64,000 bases of DNA from Vulcanimicrobiota bacterium (GCA_963820825.1 CAWGBN010000001.1:15946-79945); one strand, 5' to 3'; shown: positions 43,310 to 53,583, counted from the stretch's first letter. Program-made: numbers and translations. Notes: generated from the sequence alone by a model not told the origin.

Positions 43310-44284
43310 TTATTCGGTTACCTCGCTAACGGGAGCGGCCTCCGGCGAGGTCACGACCGGCGCAGGTTCGACGACCGCTACGGGCTCGACGACCGCTACG
43401 GGTTCGACGACCGCTACGGGTTCGACGACCGCTACGGGTTCAACGACCGGCGCGAGCTCGGCAACCGGTACGGGTTCGCTAACCGGCGCAGGTTCGCTAA
43501 CCGGAGCGGCCTCCACGACCGGATCTGAAACCGGCGCTGCGGCCGGTGGCGCGGCCGGCTGCGGTCGCTGATCGCGCCCGCGCCCCCTGCCGCCGCGATC
43601 GCGACGGTCGCGCCCGCGATCCATGCGATCCCGCAGCGCTCCATCGCCGCGCGGTTGATCCGGCAAGACTTCGCCGCGATAGATCCAGACCTTCACGCCG
43701 ATGCGGCCGAAGGTTGTAAACGCTTCCACCTGCGCGTAGTCGATGTCGGCGCGAAGCGTATGGAGCGGAACTTTACCGTCGGCATTGTGCTCGGTTCGCG
43801 CGATTTCGGCGCCGCCGAGCCGCCCGGAGACCTGCACCTTGATCCCGCGAGCTCCGGCTCGCATCGTGCGCATGATCGCCTGCTTCATGGCGCGTCTGAA
43901 CGCGATCCGCTTCTCGAGCTGATCGACGATGTTCTGAGCGACCAATCGCGCGTCGAGCTCGGGATGCGAAATCTCCATGACGTTGACGGCGATGGTCTTG
44001 CCGGTGAGCTGCTCGAGGTTCTTGCGAATGTCGTCGATGCCGACGCCGCGCTTGCCGATGATGATGCCCGGTTTTGCGGTGTTGACGATGACGCGCGCCT
44101 GATTCGCCCGTCGCTCGATCTCGATCTTACTGATCGAAGCCGAGCGCATCCAGCGATTGAACGACTTGCGAATGGCGACGTCTTCGTGCAGCCAGTCGAC
44201 GTAGTGCTTTTTCTCGAACCAACGGCTATCCCAGGTCCGGGTGATGCCCAAGCGCATTCCGACCGGGTGAATTTTTTGACCCAT
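43310..44284 (-). CDS. rpsC: 30S ribosomal protein S3 with long repetitive C-terminal tail
   Basis: [30 protein letters not shown]. Confidence 0.99.
   Translation of the reverse strand: MGQKIHPVGMRLGITRTWDSRWFEKKHYVDWLHEDVAIRKSFNRWMRSASISKIEIERRANQARVIVNTAKPGIIIGKRGVGIDDIRKNLEQLTGKTIAVNVMEISHPELDARLVAQNIVDQLEKRIAFRRAMKQAIMRTMRAGARGIKVQVSGRLGGAEIARTEHNADGKVPLHTLRADIDYAQVEAFTTFGRIGVKVWIYRGEVLPDQPRGDGALRDRMDRGRDRRDRGGRGRGRDQRPQPAAPPAAAPVSDPVVEAAPVSEPAPVSEPVPVAELAPVVEPVAVVEPVAVVEPVAVVEPVAVVEPAPVVTSPEAAPVSEVTE
43350..43540. repeat. 18-bp tandem repeat in the rpsC 3' end
   Basis: GGTTCGACGACCGCTACG about 4 times plus degenerate copies; encodes (VVEPVA)n. Confidence 0.9.
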
Positions 44285-44820
44285 TATGCTTCCTTGCTCT
44301 GCGCGACCGGCTCGGCCGAAGCAGGTTTCTCGGCGGCGCGTTTACGCGCGCTCGTCTTTTTGCGGCGCGTCTTCGCCGCGGGCGCTTCCGCGGCGGCCGA
44401 CCGCCGCGTCGCGCGCGCGGCCTGCACCGATGCACCGGCGAGCTTCTTGCGCGGCTTCTGCGGCGCCGACTCGGTGACGACGACGGTGACGTGCGAGAGG
44501 CGCTTGCGCTTGAATGCCGCCCGGCCTTGGGCGCGCGGATCGAGGCGTTTCGTGAATCGTCCGCCGGGACCGCCGTCGACGGTGATGCGAGCGATATAGA
44601 GCTCGTCGGAGTTCATGTCGTGATTGTTGCCGGCGTTGGCGACCGCACTGCGAACGAGCTTCTCGATCGGCTCGGCTGCAAAGACCTCGGCGAACTTCAG
44701 CAATGCAAGCGCCTCGCGCACGCTCTTGCCGCGAATTGCATTGGCCACCCGGCGCAGCTTGCGCGGAGCGGTTCGGACGAAGCGCAGATGCGCGACGGCC
44801 TGCGGGGCGCGCTCGGTCAC
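44284..44820 (-). CDS. rplV: 50S ribosomal protein L22 with Lys/Ala-rich C-terminal extension
   Basis: [29 protein letters not shown]. Confidence 0.98.
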   Translation of the reverse strand: MTERAPQAVAHLRFVRTAPRKLRRVANAIRGKSVREALALLKFAEVFAAEPIEKLVRSAVANAGNNHDMNSDELYIARITVDGGPGGRFTKRLDPRAQGRAAFKRKRLSHVTVVVTESAPQKPRKKLAGASVQAARATRRSAAAEAPAAKTRRKKTSARKRAAEKPASAEPVAQSKEA

Positions 44821-45095
44821 GTCTTCACCGTGGCCTTTTCGCCACCGTGACCGCGGAAGTACCGCGTCGGCGCGAACTCACCGAGCTTGTGCCCGACCAT
44901 GTTCTCGGTGATGTAGATCGGAATGTGGGTCTTGCCGTTGTGCACGCCGATCGTGTGGCCGACCATCGACGGCAGCACGGTCGAGGCACGGCTCCACGTT
45001 TTGATCACGCGACGCTCGCGCGTCTCGTTGAGCCGCTCGATCTTCTGCACCAGATGCTCGGCGACGAACGGACCCTTCTTTAGCGAACGCGACAT
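44817..45095 (-). CDS. rpsS: 30S ribosomal protein S19
   Basis: [28 protein letters not shown]. Confidence 0.99.
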   Translation of the reverse strand: MSRSLKKGPFVAEHLVQKIERLNETRERRVIKTWSRASTVLPSMVGHTIGVHNGKTHIPIYITENMVGHKLGEFAPTRYFRGHGGEKATVKT

Positions 45096-45922
45096 TATTT
45101 CGAACCTCGGCGGCGGACGATCATCTTCGAGGTACGCTTGTTGCGGCGCGTCTTTTTACCCATCGTCATCTGTCCCCACGGCGTCGTGGGCGGCCGGCCC
45201 GACGTCGAGCGCGCCTCGCCGCCGCCGTGCGGGTGATCAACCGGATTCATCGCGATACCGCGAACGCTCGGGCGTTTCCCGAGGTGGCGCGAGCGACCGG
45301 CTTTGCCGATGACTTGATTCTCGTGTTCGATGTTTCCGAGCTGACCGATCGTCGCGCGGCACTCGATGTGAATCCTACGAACTTCGCCCGAGGGCATGCG
45401 GACTTGCGAATACTCGTTCTCCTTGGCCATGAGCTGCGCGGAGACGCCCGCGGACCGGACGAGCTTGCCGCCCTGGCCGGGACGCAACTCGACGTTGTGA
45501 ATCACCGTTCCGACCGGGATGTTGCGAATCGGAAGCGCGTTGCCGATCTTGATGTCGGCGTTCGGTCCCGATTCGAGGAGCTCGCCGACGCGCAATCCCA
45601 GCGGCGCCAGGATATAGCGCTTCTCGCCGTCGCGATAGTTGAGCAGCGCGATGCGGCACGAACGATTCGGATCGTACTCGATCGTTGCGACCTTGGCGGG
45701 AATTCCGTCTTTCGAGCGCTTGAAGTCGATGATGCGATAGAGACGGCGCGTGCCGCCGCCGCGATGGCGTACGGTTATGTGCCCGTTGTTATTGCGCCCC
45801 GCGTGCTTCTTGCGCACCTCGACCAGCGAACGCTCCGGCGCGACCTTCGAAAGATCCGAAAAGTCGAGCGTCGTGAGAAAACGCTTTCCGGGGGATGTCG
45901 GTCTATACTTTTTTACCGGCAC
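45095..45922 (-). CDS. rplB: 50S ribosomal protein L2
   Basis: [23 protein letters not shown]. Confidence 0.99.
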   Translation of the reverse strand: MPVKKYRPTSPGKRFLTTLDFSDLSKVAPERSLVEVRKKHAGRNNNGHITVRHRGGGTRRLYRIIDFKRSKDGIPAKVATIEYDPNRSCRIALLNYRDGEKRYILAPLGLRVGELLESGPNADIKIGNALPIRNIPVGTVIHNVELRPGQGGKLVRSAGVSAQLMAKENEYSQVRMPSGEVRRIHIECRATIGQLGNIEHENQVIGKAGRSRHLGKRPSVRGIAMNPVDHPHGGGEARSTSGRPPTTPWGQMTMGKKTRRNKRTSKMIVRRRGSK

Positions 45923-45946
45923 GCTTGCCCTCTCGCCAGAATACGA

Positions 45947-46255
45947 TCATTGCTCAAAGTAGTTGACTCCGCCCAGCTCGATTTTCTGACCGGCCTTGAT
46001 CTTGACGATCGCCTTCTTGTAATCGCTCTGCCGCCCGCTCATGCGCTTCCCGCGCCGGGCAAAGTTCCGCGCCTTGCCGCGCACGTTTACCGTGTTCACC
46101 CGGAGCACGTTCACTTTGAAGATCTCTTCGATCGCGTGGCGAATCTGCGTCTTCGTCGCTTCCGGGTGCACGACGAACGTATACTGCTGGGCGAGGGCGT
46201 CGGCCATCGCTTTCTCGGTGATTCGCGGCGCTACGATTACGTCACGCGCGTCCAT
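45947..46255 (-). CDS. rplW: 50S ribosomal protein L23
   Basis: PRITEKA, ATKTQIRHAIE.IF.V, YKKAIV. Confidence 0.98.
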   Translation of the reverse strand: MDARDVIVAPRITEKAMADALAQQYTFVVHPEATKTQIRHAIEEIFKVNVLRVNTVNVRGKARNFARRGKRMSGRQSDYKKAIVKIKAGQKIELGGVNYFEQ

Positions 46256-46913
46256 CTTCGCTCCTCTCGCCGGCACCCAAGGTTTGCATCAGCGCCTCGT
46301 ATGCCGCGACGGTAAAGACGAGACGCTCGAAGCGCAGTACGTCCTTGATGTCGACGGCGCCGTCGCTGGTCACGCCGACGCGCTGAAGATTGCGGCTCAC
46401 GCGCTCGATCTCGCTCGCGTGCGGCTCCTCGTGGCTGCAGACGATCAGCGTCGCCGGCCCGGTGCGGGCGGCCTTCGCGCTGCCGAAAAGCATCTTTGCA
46501 AATGGGCCCGTCTTGGCGATCGCAAAATCGCCCGCGTCGAGCAAGGTGACCGCGTCGTTCTCGAAACGATCGGCGAGCGCCGCCAGAAAGGCGACGCGGC
46601 GTTCCTTCTTATTGAGGCTTTCGACGTAGCTGCGCGGCTGCGGGCCAAAGACGACCCCGCCGTGGCGCCACTGGGGCGAGCGGATCGAACCTTGGCGAGC
46701 GCGCCCGGTGCCTTTTTGACGCCAGGGCTTGCGGCCGCCCCCGGCAACCTCGTCGCGCTTGCGCGTCGAGGCCGTCCCCGCGCGCGGATTCGCGAACTCG
46801 CGATGGACCGCGCGATAGATCACGTCTTCCTTTTCGCCGCTCTTTCCGGCGAAGAGCGCGGGCGTCTCAACCTGCCGCACGACCTTACCGGTCGCGTCGA
46901 TAACGCTTGGCAT
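46242..46913 (-). CDS. rplD: 50S ribosomal protein L4
   Basis: GGGRKPWRQKGTGRARQGSIRSPQWRHGG. Confidence 0.99.
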   Translation of the reverse strand: MPSVIDATGKVVRQVETPALFAGKSGEKEDVIYRAVHREFANPRAGTASTRKRDEVAGGGRKPWRQKGTGRARQGSIRSPQWRHGGVVFGPQPRSYVESLNKKERRVAFLAALADRFENDAVTLLDAGDFAIAKTGPFAKMLFGSAKAARTGPATLIVCSHEEPHASEIERVSRNLQRVGVTSDGAVDIKDVLRFERLVFTVAAYEALMQTLGAGERSEDGRA

Positions 46914-47549
46914 CTACGCTTTTGCCTTTCGCGGCTTGATGCTCTCGCTCACGATCACCAGCGCGTTCTTCGCACCCGGAACGGCGCCGCGCACGAGCAG
47001 CAGATTACGCTCGCCGTCCGCGCGCACGACTTCCAAATTCTGTAACGTCGTGCGGTCGACGCCGTAGTGGCCGGGGCGCCGGCTGCCTTTGGTCGTGCGT
47101 CCGGCGTTGGTATCGCCGTTCGAGGCGGGCTGACGATGGATCATCGATCCGTGGCTCGCACCGCCGCCGCGGAAGTTATGGCGCTTGATGCCGCCCGCGA
47201 AACCGTGCCCCTTCGAGACGCCGACGACGTCGACGCGATCGCCCGGTTCGAAGGCACTGACCGTGACGCTCTCGCCGACTTGCTCCTCGCCGAAACCCGA
47301 GCGGAACTCGCGCACGAAACGCGCCGGTTCGACGCCGGCCTTTTTGAAGTGCCCGGCGAGGGCGCGGGTTAAGCGGTTGCGCTTCACCGGCTCGAAACCC
47401 AAGGCGACGGCCTCGTAGCCGTGCTTCTCCTTCGTCCGGCGTTCCACGACCGTACACGGACCAGCCGCAATCACCGTGACGGGCACAGAGCGCCCGTCGG
47501 CGGTGAAGACGCTCGTCATCCCGACTTTACGGCCCAGGATGTTCTTCAT
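46914..47549 (-). CDS. rplC: 50S ribosomal protein L3
   Basis: [27 protein letters not shown]. Confidence 0.99.
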   Translation of the reverse strand: MKNILGRKVGMTSVFTADGRSVPVTVIAAGPCTVVERRTKEKHGYEAVALGFEPVKRNRLTRALAGHFKKAGVEPARFVREFRSGFGEEQVGESVTVSAFEPGDRVDVVGVSKGHGFAGGIKRHNFRGGGASHGSMIHRQPASNGDTNAGRTTKGSRRPGHYGVDRTTLQNLEVVRADGERNLLLVRGAVPGAKNALVIVSESIKPRKAKA

Positions 47550-47577
47550 ATCGCTCTCTCGGTGGGGTGTGATATCA

Positions 47578-47609
47578 ACGGATCCAGGCGTATTGCTCGC
47601 ATGAACCGC
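47578..47609 (-). promoter_or_regulatory. Candidate cis-regulatory RNA hairpin in the rplC leader
   Basis: GCGGTTCATGCG-AGCAATA-CGCCTGGATCCGT; 14 nt identical to the tuf leader. Confidence 0.6.
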
Positions 47610-47618
47610 AACCCCGGG

Positions 47619-47647
47619 AGTTTACCAGGACGGCTCAACGAGGTCAA
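47619..47647 (-). promoter_or_regulatory. Putative sigma70 promoter of the rplC operon
   Basis: TTGACC-17 bp-TAAACT with extended TG. Confidence 0.8.
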
Positions 47648-47690
47648 GGCTCGCATTGCCGCGAGAACAAAAGCCCGCTGCATGTACGGT

Positions 47691-49550
47691 ATGCGCGCGA
47701 CGTTACGGTGGTTATCGGTGATCCCGGCCCTCGTCCTCGCGTTGAGCGGCGGCAGCGCCGCGGCGGCACCAACCTCGACGAAGACGCTCCTCGAATCCCT
47801 GCGCCGGGCAATGCTCTCCTCGCAACCCGCCGCCTCGATCGTCTCGCTCCACAGCGTCGGAAGCGTCGAGATCCTGGGACTTCGGGGCCGCGCGCAGGAG
47901 TGGGACGATCTGACGGGCGTCCGCTTTACGACCGCGCAGAGCGGCGGTGCGCTCAGCGGAGCCTCAGGGTGGGACGGCAAGGTCGCGTGGAGTCAGGATT
48001 ATGCCGGGCTGGTCACCATCGACGCCGGCGCGTCAGGGCGGCTCCAAGCAGTCGACCAGGCCTACTTGGCGACGCTGCGTTATCTGCGCCCGGACGCGGG
48101 AGGCGCAATGGTCATCTATGCGGGCACTCGGGACGACGGCGGTAAGAGCTACGACGTGCTCGCGGTCACCCCGCCGCGCGGCAGCGAGATCGATCTTTGG
48201 CTCGATCCCCGCACGCATTTGATCGCCCGCGAGACCGCGACCATCGGAACGGTCTCCTCGACGACGACCCTTTCGGCGTATCGGCGCGTCGACGGTATCC
48301 TCTATCCGTTCGATAGCAGCACGCAGCTGTCTAACGGAAACGCGTTCTCGGAGCGCGTGAACTCACTGGAGGTCAACACCGACGTCGCCGAGCGCATGCG
48401 GGTGCCGGGCCAAAGCGTACACGATGCCGCGATCGCCGGCACCGGCTCGACGACGGTTCCCTTGCAGATCGTCAACAATCACGTCTACGTCAGCGGGATG
48501 CTCGATGGAGAGGGTCCGTACACATTCGTGCTCGATAGCGGCGGCGATTACATCATCACGCCAGAGGTCGCCGCGGCACTGCACGCGACCAGCGAGGGCG
48601 GCGTGCAGCTCGAGGGGGCCGGAAGCTCGACCGAGGGCGCCGCCTTCGCTCATCTTAAATCGATCGAAGTCGGCAGCGCGACGGTTCGCAACCAATACAC
48701 GCTGGTCTTACCGATTGCCACCGGCTTCGGGGTTGCCGAGGGTGTGAGGATCGACGGAATGCTCGGCTATCAATTCTTGGCGCGCTTCCTGACGACGATC
48801 GATTATGCCAACGCAAAGCTCACCCTTGCGATGCCCGGCCTCGCGCCGGCCACGGAGCCCGGTTCGGCGGCAATTCCCTTTTACATAGACGGGCGCATCC
48901 CGCGAATTGCGATCGGCGTCGACGGCGTCACGACCTCGGCCGAGGTGGATACCGGAAATCGCGCCGGCCTGGAACTCTCCGCGCCGTTCTTAGCCGCCCA
49001 TGCGGCGATCGCCGCACTGGCGAGAACGGCGCCCGGCGTCGCCGGCTTCGGCGTCGGCGGCCCCGTCGTCGCGCGCCTCGGACGTATCCCGTCCTTGCAA
49101 ATCGGTCCCTACGCAATCGCGAACAGCGTCGCATCGTTCGGCTACCAAAACGCCGGCGTCTTCGGCGATCCGTTCAATCCCGCCAACGTCGGCGGCGCGA
49201 TTTGGCGCCGTTTCGACCTAACCTTCGATTACGCGCACCAGCAGCTGCTGCTCGCGCGAAATGCCGCGTTCAACGAACCGTTCAGCTACGATCGCTCGGG
49301 CCTCTTCCTCATCGACTCGGACGGCGCGTATACGGTTCTCGACGTTCTTCCCGGCTCTCCCGCGGCCGCGGCCGGAGTGGCCAAAGGCGACGTCCTTCTC
49401 GCGATCAACGGCGCGCCGGCCTCCGCCCAATCGCTCGCCGCACTGCGAACGTTGCTCTCCGGCGCCGCGGGAAGCCTGGTTCGCATCCACCTTCGCGGGC
49501 CGGCCGGCCACGAACGCGACGCGACTCTGAAGCTCGCCGACTACATCTAG
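47691..49550 (+). CDS. Secreted twin aspartyl-protease-domain protein with C-terminal PDZ domain
   Basis: Signal peptide; FVLDSGG, IDGMLG, VDTGN; VLPGSPAAAAGVAKGDVLLAING (PDZ). Confidence 0.88.
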   Translation: MRATLRWLSVIPALVLALSGGSAAAAPTSTKTLLESLRRAMLSSQPAASIVSLHSVGSVEILGLRGRAQEWDDLTGVRFTTAQSGGALSGASGWDGKVAWSQDYAGLVTIDAGASGRLQAVDQAYLATLRYLRPDAGGAMVIYAGTRDDGGKSYDVLAVTPPRGSEIDLWLDPRTHLIARETATIGTVSSTTTLSAYRRVDGILYPFDSSTQLSNGNAFSERVNSLEVNTDVAERMRVPGQSVHDAAIAGTGSTTVPLQIVNNHVYVSGMLDGEGPYTFVLDSGGDYIITPEVAAALHATSEGGVQLEGAGSSTEGAAFAHLKSIEVGSATVRNQYTLVLPIATGFGVAEGVRIDGMLGYQFLARFLTTIDYANAKLTLAMPGLAPATEPGSAAIPFYIDGRIPRIAIGVDGVTTSAEVDTGNRAGLELSAPFLAAHAAIAALARTAPGVAGFGVGGPVVARLGRIPSLQIGPYAIANSVASFGYQNAGVFGDPFNPANVGGAIWRRFDLTFDYAHQQLLLARNAAFNEPFSYDRSGLFLIDSDGAYTVLDVLPGSPAAAAGVAKGDVLLAINGAPASAQSLAALRTLLSGAAGSLVRIHLRGPAGHERDATLKLADYI

Positions 49551-49554
49551 GCGG

Positions 49555-50736
49555 CTACGCGAAGGCGGCGATCCCGGTGATCTCCTTGCCCACGATGAGC
49601 GCATGCATCTCGCTGGTGCCTTCGTACGTCAAGACCGACTCGAGATTGTTCATGTGCCGGATGACCGGATATTCGAGGGTCACACCGTTCGCGCCGAGCA
49701 CGGTACGCGCTTCGCGCGCGATCGTCAGCGCTTCGCGAACGTTGTTGAGCTTCGCGAAGCTCACGACCGCCGGATGGAGCGTTCCCGCGTCCTTCGCGCG
49801 TCCGACGTGAAACGCGAGCAGCGTTCCCTTATTCAACTCGACCAGCATGTTCACGAGCTTTGCCTGCGTCATCTGATACGCGCCGATCGGCTTGCCGAAC
49901 TGCACGCGCGTCTTGGCATACTCGAGCGCCGTTTCGTAGCAGCTGCGCGCGGCGCCCATCGCGCCCCATACGATACCGTAGCGCGCTTCATTGAGACATG
50001 CGAGCGGCGCACCGAGACCCTCGCCATGCGGCAAGAGCGCTTCGGCGGGAAGCCGGCACTCGTTAAATGCCAGCTCGCTCGTGACCGATGCTCGCAGCGA
50101 CAGCTTGCGGTGGATATTCGATGCGCGAAACCCTTTTGCGTCGCGCGGCACGATGAAGCCGCGAATGCCGTTCTCGGTCTGCGCCCACACGATTGCCAAA
50201 TCGGCAATAGAGCCGTTGGTGATCCACATCTTCGTACCGTCGAGCACCCAGTCGGACCCGGCTCGCCGCGCGGAGGTGCGCATCCCCGCGGGATTGCTTC
50301 CGAAATCGGGTTCGGTCAGACCGAAGCAGCCGATCAGCTCGCCTCGCGCCATTCCCGGAAGCCACGCGCGTTTCTGCGCTTCGTCACCCCAGCGGTAGAT
50401 TGCGTACATCGCGAGCGAGCCTTGCACCGAGGCGAAGCTGCGCACGCCCGAATCGCCGGCTTCGAGCTCGAGACACGCAAGGCCGTACGCCACCGCGCTC
50501 GCCCCGGGACAGTCGTAGCCGTCGAGATGCATTCCGAGCAGACCGAGCCGGCCGAGTTCCGCTCCGAGCTCGCGCGGCAAGATTCCCTGCTCGAACCACT
50601 CCGCGACGTTGGGCAGCACGCGCGTGCGCACGTACGAGCGTACGGTGTCGCGCACGAGACGCTCGTCCGACGAGAGCTGCGCGCCGAGGCCGAGGAAATC
50701 GACGGCGTCGGGCGCTTGCGTCGCGGCAGCGGTCAA
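49555..50736 (-). CDS. Acyl-CoA dehydrogenase (glutaryl-CoA dehydrogenase-like)
   Basis: GCFGLTEPDFGSNP, GTKMWITNG, KLSLRASVT, TYEGT. Confidence 0.92.
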   Translation of the reverse strand: MTAAATQAPDAVDFLGLGAQLSSDERLVRDTVRSYVRTRVLPNVAEWFEQGILPRELGAELGRLGLLGMHLDGYDCPGASAVAYGLACLELEAGDSGVRSFASVQGSLAMYAIYRWGDEAQKRAWLPGMARGELIGCFGLTEPDFGSNPAGMRTSARRAGSDWVLDGTKMWITNGSIADLAIVWAQTENGIRGFIVPRDAKGFRASNIHRKLSLRASVTSELAFNECRLPAEALLPHGEGLGAPLACLNEARYGIVWGAMGAARSCYETALEYAKTRVQFGKPIGAYQMTQAKLVNMLVELNKGTLLAFHVGRAKDAGTLHPAVVSFAKLNNVREALTIAREARTVLGANGVTLEYPVIRHMNNLESVLTYEGTSEMHALIVGKEITGIAAFA

Positions 50737-51158
50737 CGGCGCAGAACTCGAGCCAGCTTATCGAAGAGCGCCTCGGTCGAGCGCTCGAACTGATCTTCGA
50801 AGCGACGCCAGAGGAGCCGCCCGTCGGTGTCGGAGAGCATCGCATCGACGCGATACTCGAGCACCGTCTCCTTACCTTCGCTCGAAAGGTGAAAGCCGTG
50901 CGTGCCGTCGATACCTTCGTTGCGGAATCGCCAGACGATGCGCTCTTCCGGAACGGCTTCGTCGAGCACTGCGTGCATCCCGAGGTGCCACTCCTCGGTG
51001 CGGGCGGGAGCGAGCGGTCCCGGGGAACGCATGAACGGCTGGGACGCGAAGGGCCAGATTTGGTCGCCCGACGTGCCCATCTCTTCGAGCAGATGATAGA
51101 TCCGCCGTTTGGTCCCGTGAAACGTGCGCGACCGTACTTCGTGGAGCTCGATTGGCAT
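50733..51158 (-). CDS. Hypothetical protein, possibly SRPBCC/START-like fold
   Basis: 141 aa, VPEERIVWRF..GTHGFHL, C-terminal helix; coupled to the acyl-CoA dehydrogenase gene. Confidence 0.65.
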   Translation of the reverse strand: MPIELHEVRSRTFHGTKRRIYHLLEEMGTSGDQIWPFASQPFMRSPGPLAPARTEEWHLGMHAVLDEAVPEERIVWRFRNEGIDGTHGFHLSSEGKETVLEYRVDAMLSDTDGRLLWRRFEDQFERSTEALFDKLARVLRR

Positions 51159-51172
51159 GGGCCGTCGTTCGA

Positions 51173-51715
51173 TTATCGAAGGGCGGCGACCCCTATCCCG
51201 CCGGAGAGCAGGATGAGCAGCGGCGTACCGATCTTTGTGCGGAGCATCAGAACGAGCACGACGGCGGTAACCGCGTACGCGACCAAACCCGAGGGCGCGC
51301 CGCGACCGATCGTGAGAACGCTCGACCAGACGAGACCGACGATAGCCGGGGCCAATCCGCGCGAGACGATCGCGCGCCACGGCGACGCTTGAAAGCGGTC
51401 CCAGAGTGCGCCGAATCCAACCATCATCACGCTGGAGGGAACGAACATTCCCACGGTAGCGACCGCGGCGCCGAGGAGCGGGCGTACCGGAGTCGCTGCG
51501 TAGCCGACGAGCGCGGCGAAGATCGTCGTCGGTCCGGGGACGAGCTTTCCGATGGTGTAGAACTCGGTGAACTGCTGGGAGGTTACCCAGTGGTAATGAT
51601 CCACTGCGTCGGTATGCATCTGGGGAATGATTCCCTTGCCGCCTCCGAAGCCGAGCACCGAGAGCTGCGAGAAGGTCCAGAGCAGATGGAGTACGGTTTG
51701 GATCGTCGAGTTCAT
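51173..51715 (-). CDS. Short-chain chromate transporter subunit
   Basis: LGFGGG, GKLVPGP, VGMFVPS. Confidence 0.9.
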   Translation of the reverse strand: MNSTIQTVLHLLWTFSQLSVLGFGGGKGIIPQMHTDAVDHYHWVTSQQFTEFYTIGKLVPGPTTIFAALVGYAATPVRPLLGAAVATVGMFVPSSVMMVGFGALWDRFQASPWRAIVSRGLAPAIVGLVWSSVLTIGRGAPSGLVAYAVTAVVLVLMLRTKIGTPLLILLSGGIGVAALR

Positions 51716-52293
51716 GAACCGGTCTGCGGCAACGGGGTCTTGCGAGAGCGTACGTACTCGCGAGCGATGCCGATCCCGCCGAAAACCACCAGTACCAGCA
51801 AGAGCGGCATATGCAGGAGCGAGACGGTTACCGCAGTCACGGCCACCAGCAGGATCCGCAGCCAATCGGTGCGCTCGTCCCAGGTTAGTTCGAGCGCGTT
51901 ACCGACGGTAAGTCCGAGCGCTCCGGCCGCGCAACCGCGCAAGCCGCCGTGCACGAACGGGTTTGCCGAAAACTTGAAATAGAGCGCGCCCGCGATCAGG
52001 ACGATAACGAACGGGGGAACGCTCGCGCCGAGAAAGGCCGCGATCGCGCCCGGAATGCCGCGTGCCCGCTGACCGCAGAAGAGCGCGAGATTCAAGATGT
52101 TCGGGCCCGGGAGGACTTGCGCGATCTCGAGGCCGTCCATAAAGCGCTCGCGGTCCATCCATCCGCGATTGATCACCTGTTGCCGAACGCTCGCCTTTTG
52201 ACCGCCGCCGAACGCGGTGGACGAGATCGAGGCGAAGGTCAGCGCGATGCTCGCGAGCGACGGCCGCACCGACGGCGCGGACTCAACTGACAT
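51712..52293 (-). CDS. Short-chain chromate transporter subunit
   Basis: TAFGGG, AQVLPGPN, GIPGAIAA. Confidence 0.9.
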   Translation of the reverse strand: MSVESAPSVRPSLASIALTFASISSTAFGGGQKASVRQQVINRGWMDRERFMDGLEIAQVLPGPNILNLALFCGQRARGIPGAIAAFLGASVPPFVIVLIAGALYFKFSANPFVHGGLRGCAAGALGLTVGNALELTWDERTDWLRILLVAVTAVTVSLLHMPLLLVLVVFGGIGIAREYVRSRKTPLPQTGS

Positions 52294-52726
52294 CCGGCAT
52301 CGGTCCGTCGACGACCGGCGACGTGTGCTTGCCGGCCAATATGTGAATGTGGACGTGCTCGGTGTGCTGGTATGGCGGCAGAACGCCCATGCGAATCATG
52401 AAGCCCTTCTCGTAAAGACCGAGCGCGAGCGCGACCTTCTGAATTCCGGCGATCAGCCGATTCCAGAGCCGGGCATCGCCGAGACCGAAATCGAGAATCG
52501 TGGGAATCCACTTCTTCGGAATGATGACGACGTGGATCTCCCACCACTCTTCCTTGCTCTCATCGACGTTGTGCCGAAAGGCAAAGACGTCGTCGTCTTG
52601 ATAGACGACCTCATCGGCCTTCGCGCGCGTGCCGTCGAGGCGGCCGCGAAAAGTATGTTCGGGATCGGGCTTCTCCCACGTCCGCTGCTCGGGGCTCGAG
52701 ATCATCTCTGATATCCACTGCGTCAT
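52283..52726 (-). CDS. HIT domain protein with intact histidine triad
   Basis: VVYQDDDVFAF, HVVIIPK, QHTEHVHIHILAG. Confidence 0.85.
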   Translation of the reverse strand: MTQWISEMISSPEQRTWEKPDPEHTFRGRLDGTRAKADEVVYQDDDVFAFRHNVDESKEEWWEIHVVIIPKKWIPTILDFGLGDARLWNRLIAGIQKVALALGLYEKGFMIRMGVLPPYQHTEHVHIHILAGKHTSPVVDGPMPDVS

Positions 52727-52782
52727 GCGAATTTTTTCCGCATATCAGGCAGGCGTCCTCTTGCACATGGTGAAGCGACCGC

Positions 52783-53229
52783 GTGATGAGCGGCGAGCGC
52801 AAAAAGAAAACGCTGACGGCCTTCGACGTACTCGGGGCCGAACCGAACTGGCCGAAAGAACCCAAAGAGTGGGAGAAACTCGTCGGTGCAAACGAGGTCG
52901 TCTACGAAGACCATCACGTCGTCGTCTTTCACGACCCCGAGGACGAAGAGCACGAGTCGGAGCGCGTTCCGGGCGAGATACGCTTAACGCTGCTCTCGAA
53001 GAAAGAGGGCGTCGAAACCTTGATGGACCTCGGCGTCGCCGACGAATCGCTCAGTGCCGCACTCCTGCACGGAATTCAGCAAGCCGCTCTCGCGCTTGGG
53101 CTCGAAAAGAAGGGCTTCGAAGTGCGAGCCCACATCTATCCGCCGCTGCAGCACCGGCCGGCGGTTGCTTTTAAAATTCGAGCGGGGAAACCGCCGAAGA
53201 AGCAGGACCCTGCCGGCGCGGCGCCCTGA
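52783..53229 (+). CDS. HIT-like paralogue lacking the histidine triad
   Basis: VVYEDHHVVVF, GIQQAALALGLEKKGF, PPLQHRPAVAFKIRAG align by eye to the neighbouring HIT protein. Confidence 0.75.
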   Translation: MMSGERKKKTLTAFDVLGAEPNWPKEPKEWEKLVGANEVVYEDHHVVVFHDPEDEEHESERVPGEIRLTLLSKKEGVETLMDLGVADESLSAALLHGIQQAALALGLEKKGFEVRAHIYPPLQHRPAVAFKIRAGKPPKKQDPAGAAP

Positions 53230-53241
53230 TCCGAATCGCCT

Positions 53242-53508
53242 CTACTGCTCGGGTTTCTTTACGAAGGGCAGCTTCGCCGTGAGCTGCGATTCCCTTTCGG
53301 CCAGCTTCGCCAAACCTTGCACGACCACGATGGCGAGAACGGTGACGAGCACGGCGTAGATCAGTTCGGCGAGCACGCCGTTCCCCGGCTTGAGAAAGAG
53401 CGCGATGACGTCGCTAATGAACTTGTTCCACGCGCCGGCTGCGATCAGACCAAAGGCAACGGTCGCAAGGCCGATCATCGTGCCGAGATACGTCGATCTA
53501 ACTTCCAT
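53242..53508 (-). CDS. Small two-TM membrane protein (DUF5654-like)
   Basis: GGAGGAG plus ATG; LATVAFGLIAAGAWN, LIYAVLVTVLAI. Confidence 0.75.
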   Translation of the reverse strand: MEVRSTYLGTMIGLATVAFGLIAAGAWNKFISDVIALFLKPGNGVLAELIYAVLVTVLAIVVVQGLAKLAERESQLTAKLPFVKKPEQ

Positions 53509-53525
53509 TATTTCTCCTCCGTCGT

Positions 53526-53560
53526 AAAGAAAAGACCGGATGCTTCTTGGCATTCGGTCT
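53526..53560 (-). terminator. Rho-independent terminator after rpsJ
   Basis: AGACCGAATGC-CAAGAA-GCATCCGGTCT followed by TTTCTTT on the minus strand. Confidence 0.75.
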
Positions 53561-53583
53561 CTGGTATCTCCTACCGCGCAGCG

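Noticed and set aside
43350..43540. Repeat array as a possible CRISPR
   Set aside because: Contiguous 18-bp in-frame coding repeats without spacers, and no cas genes in the window.
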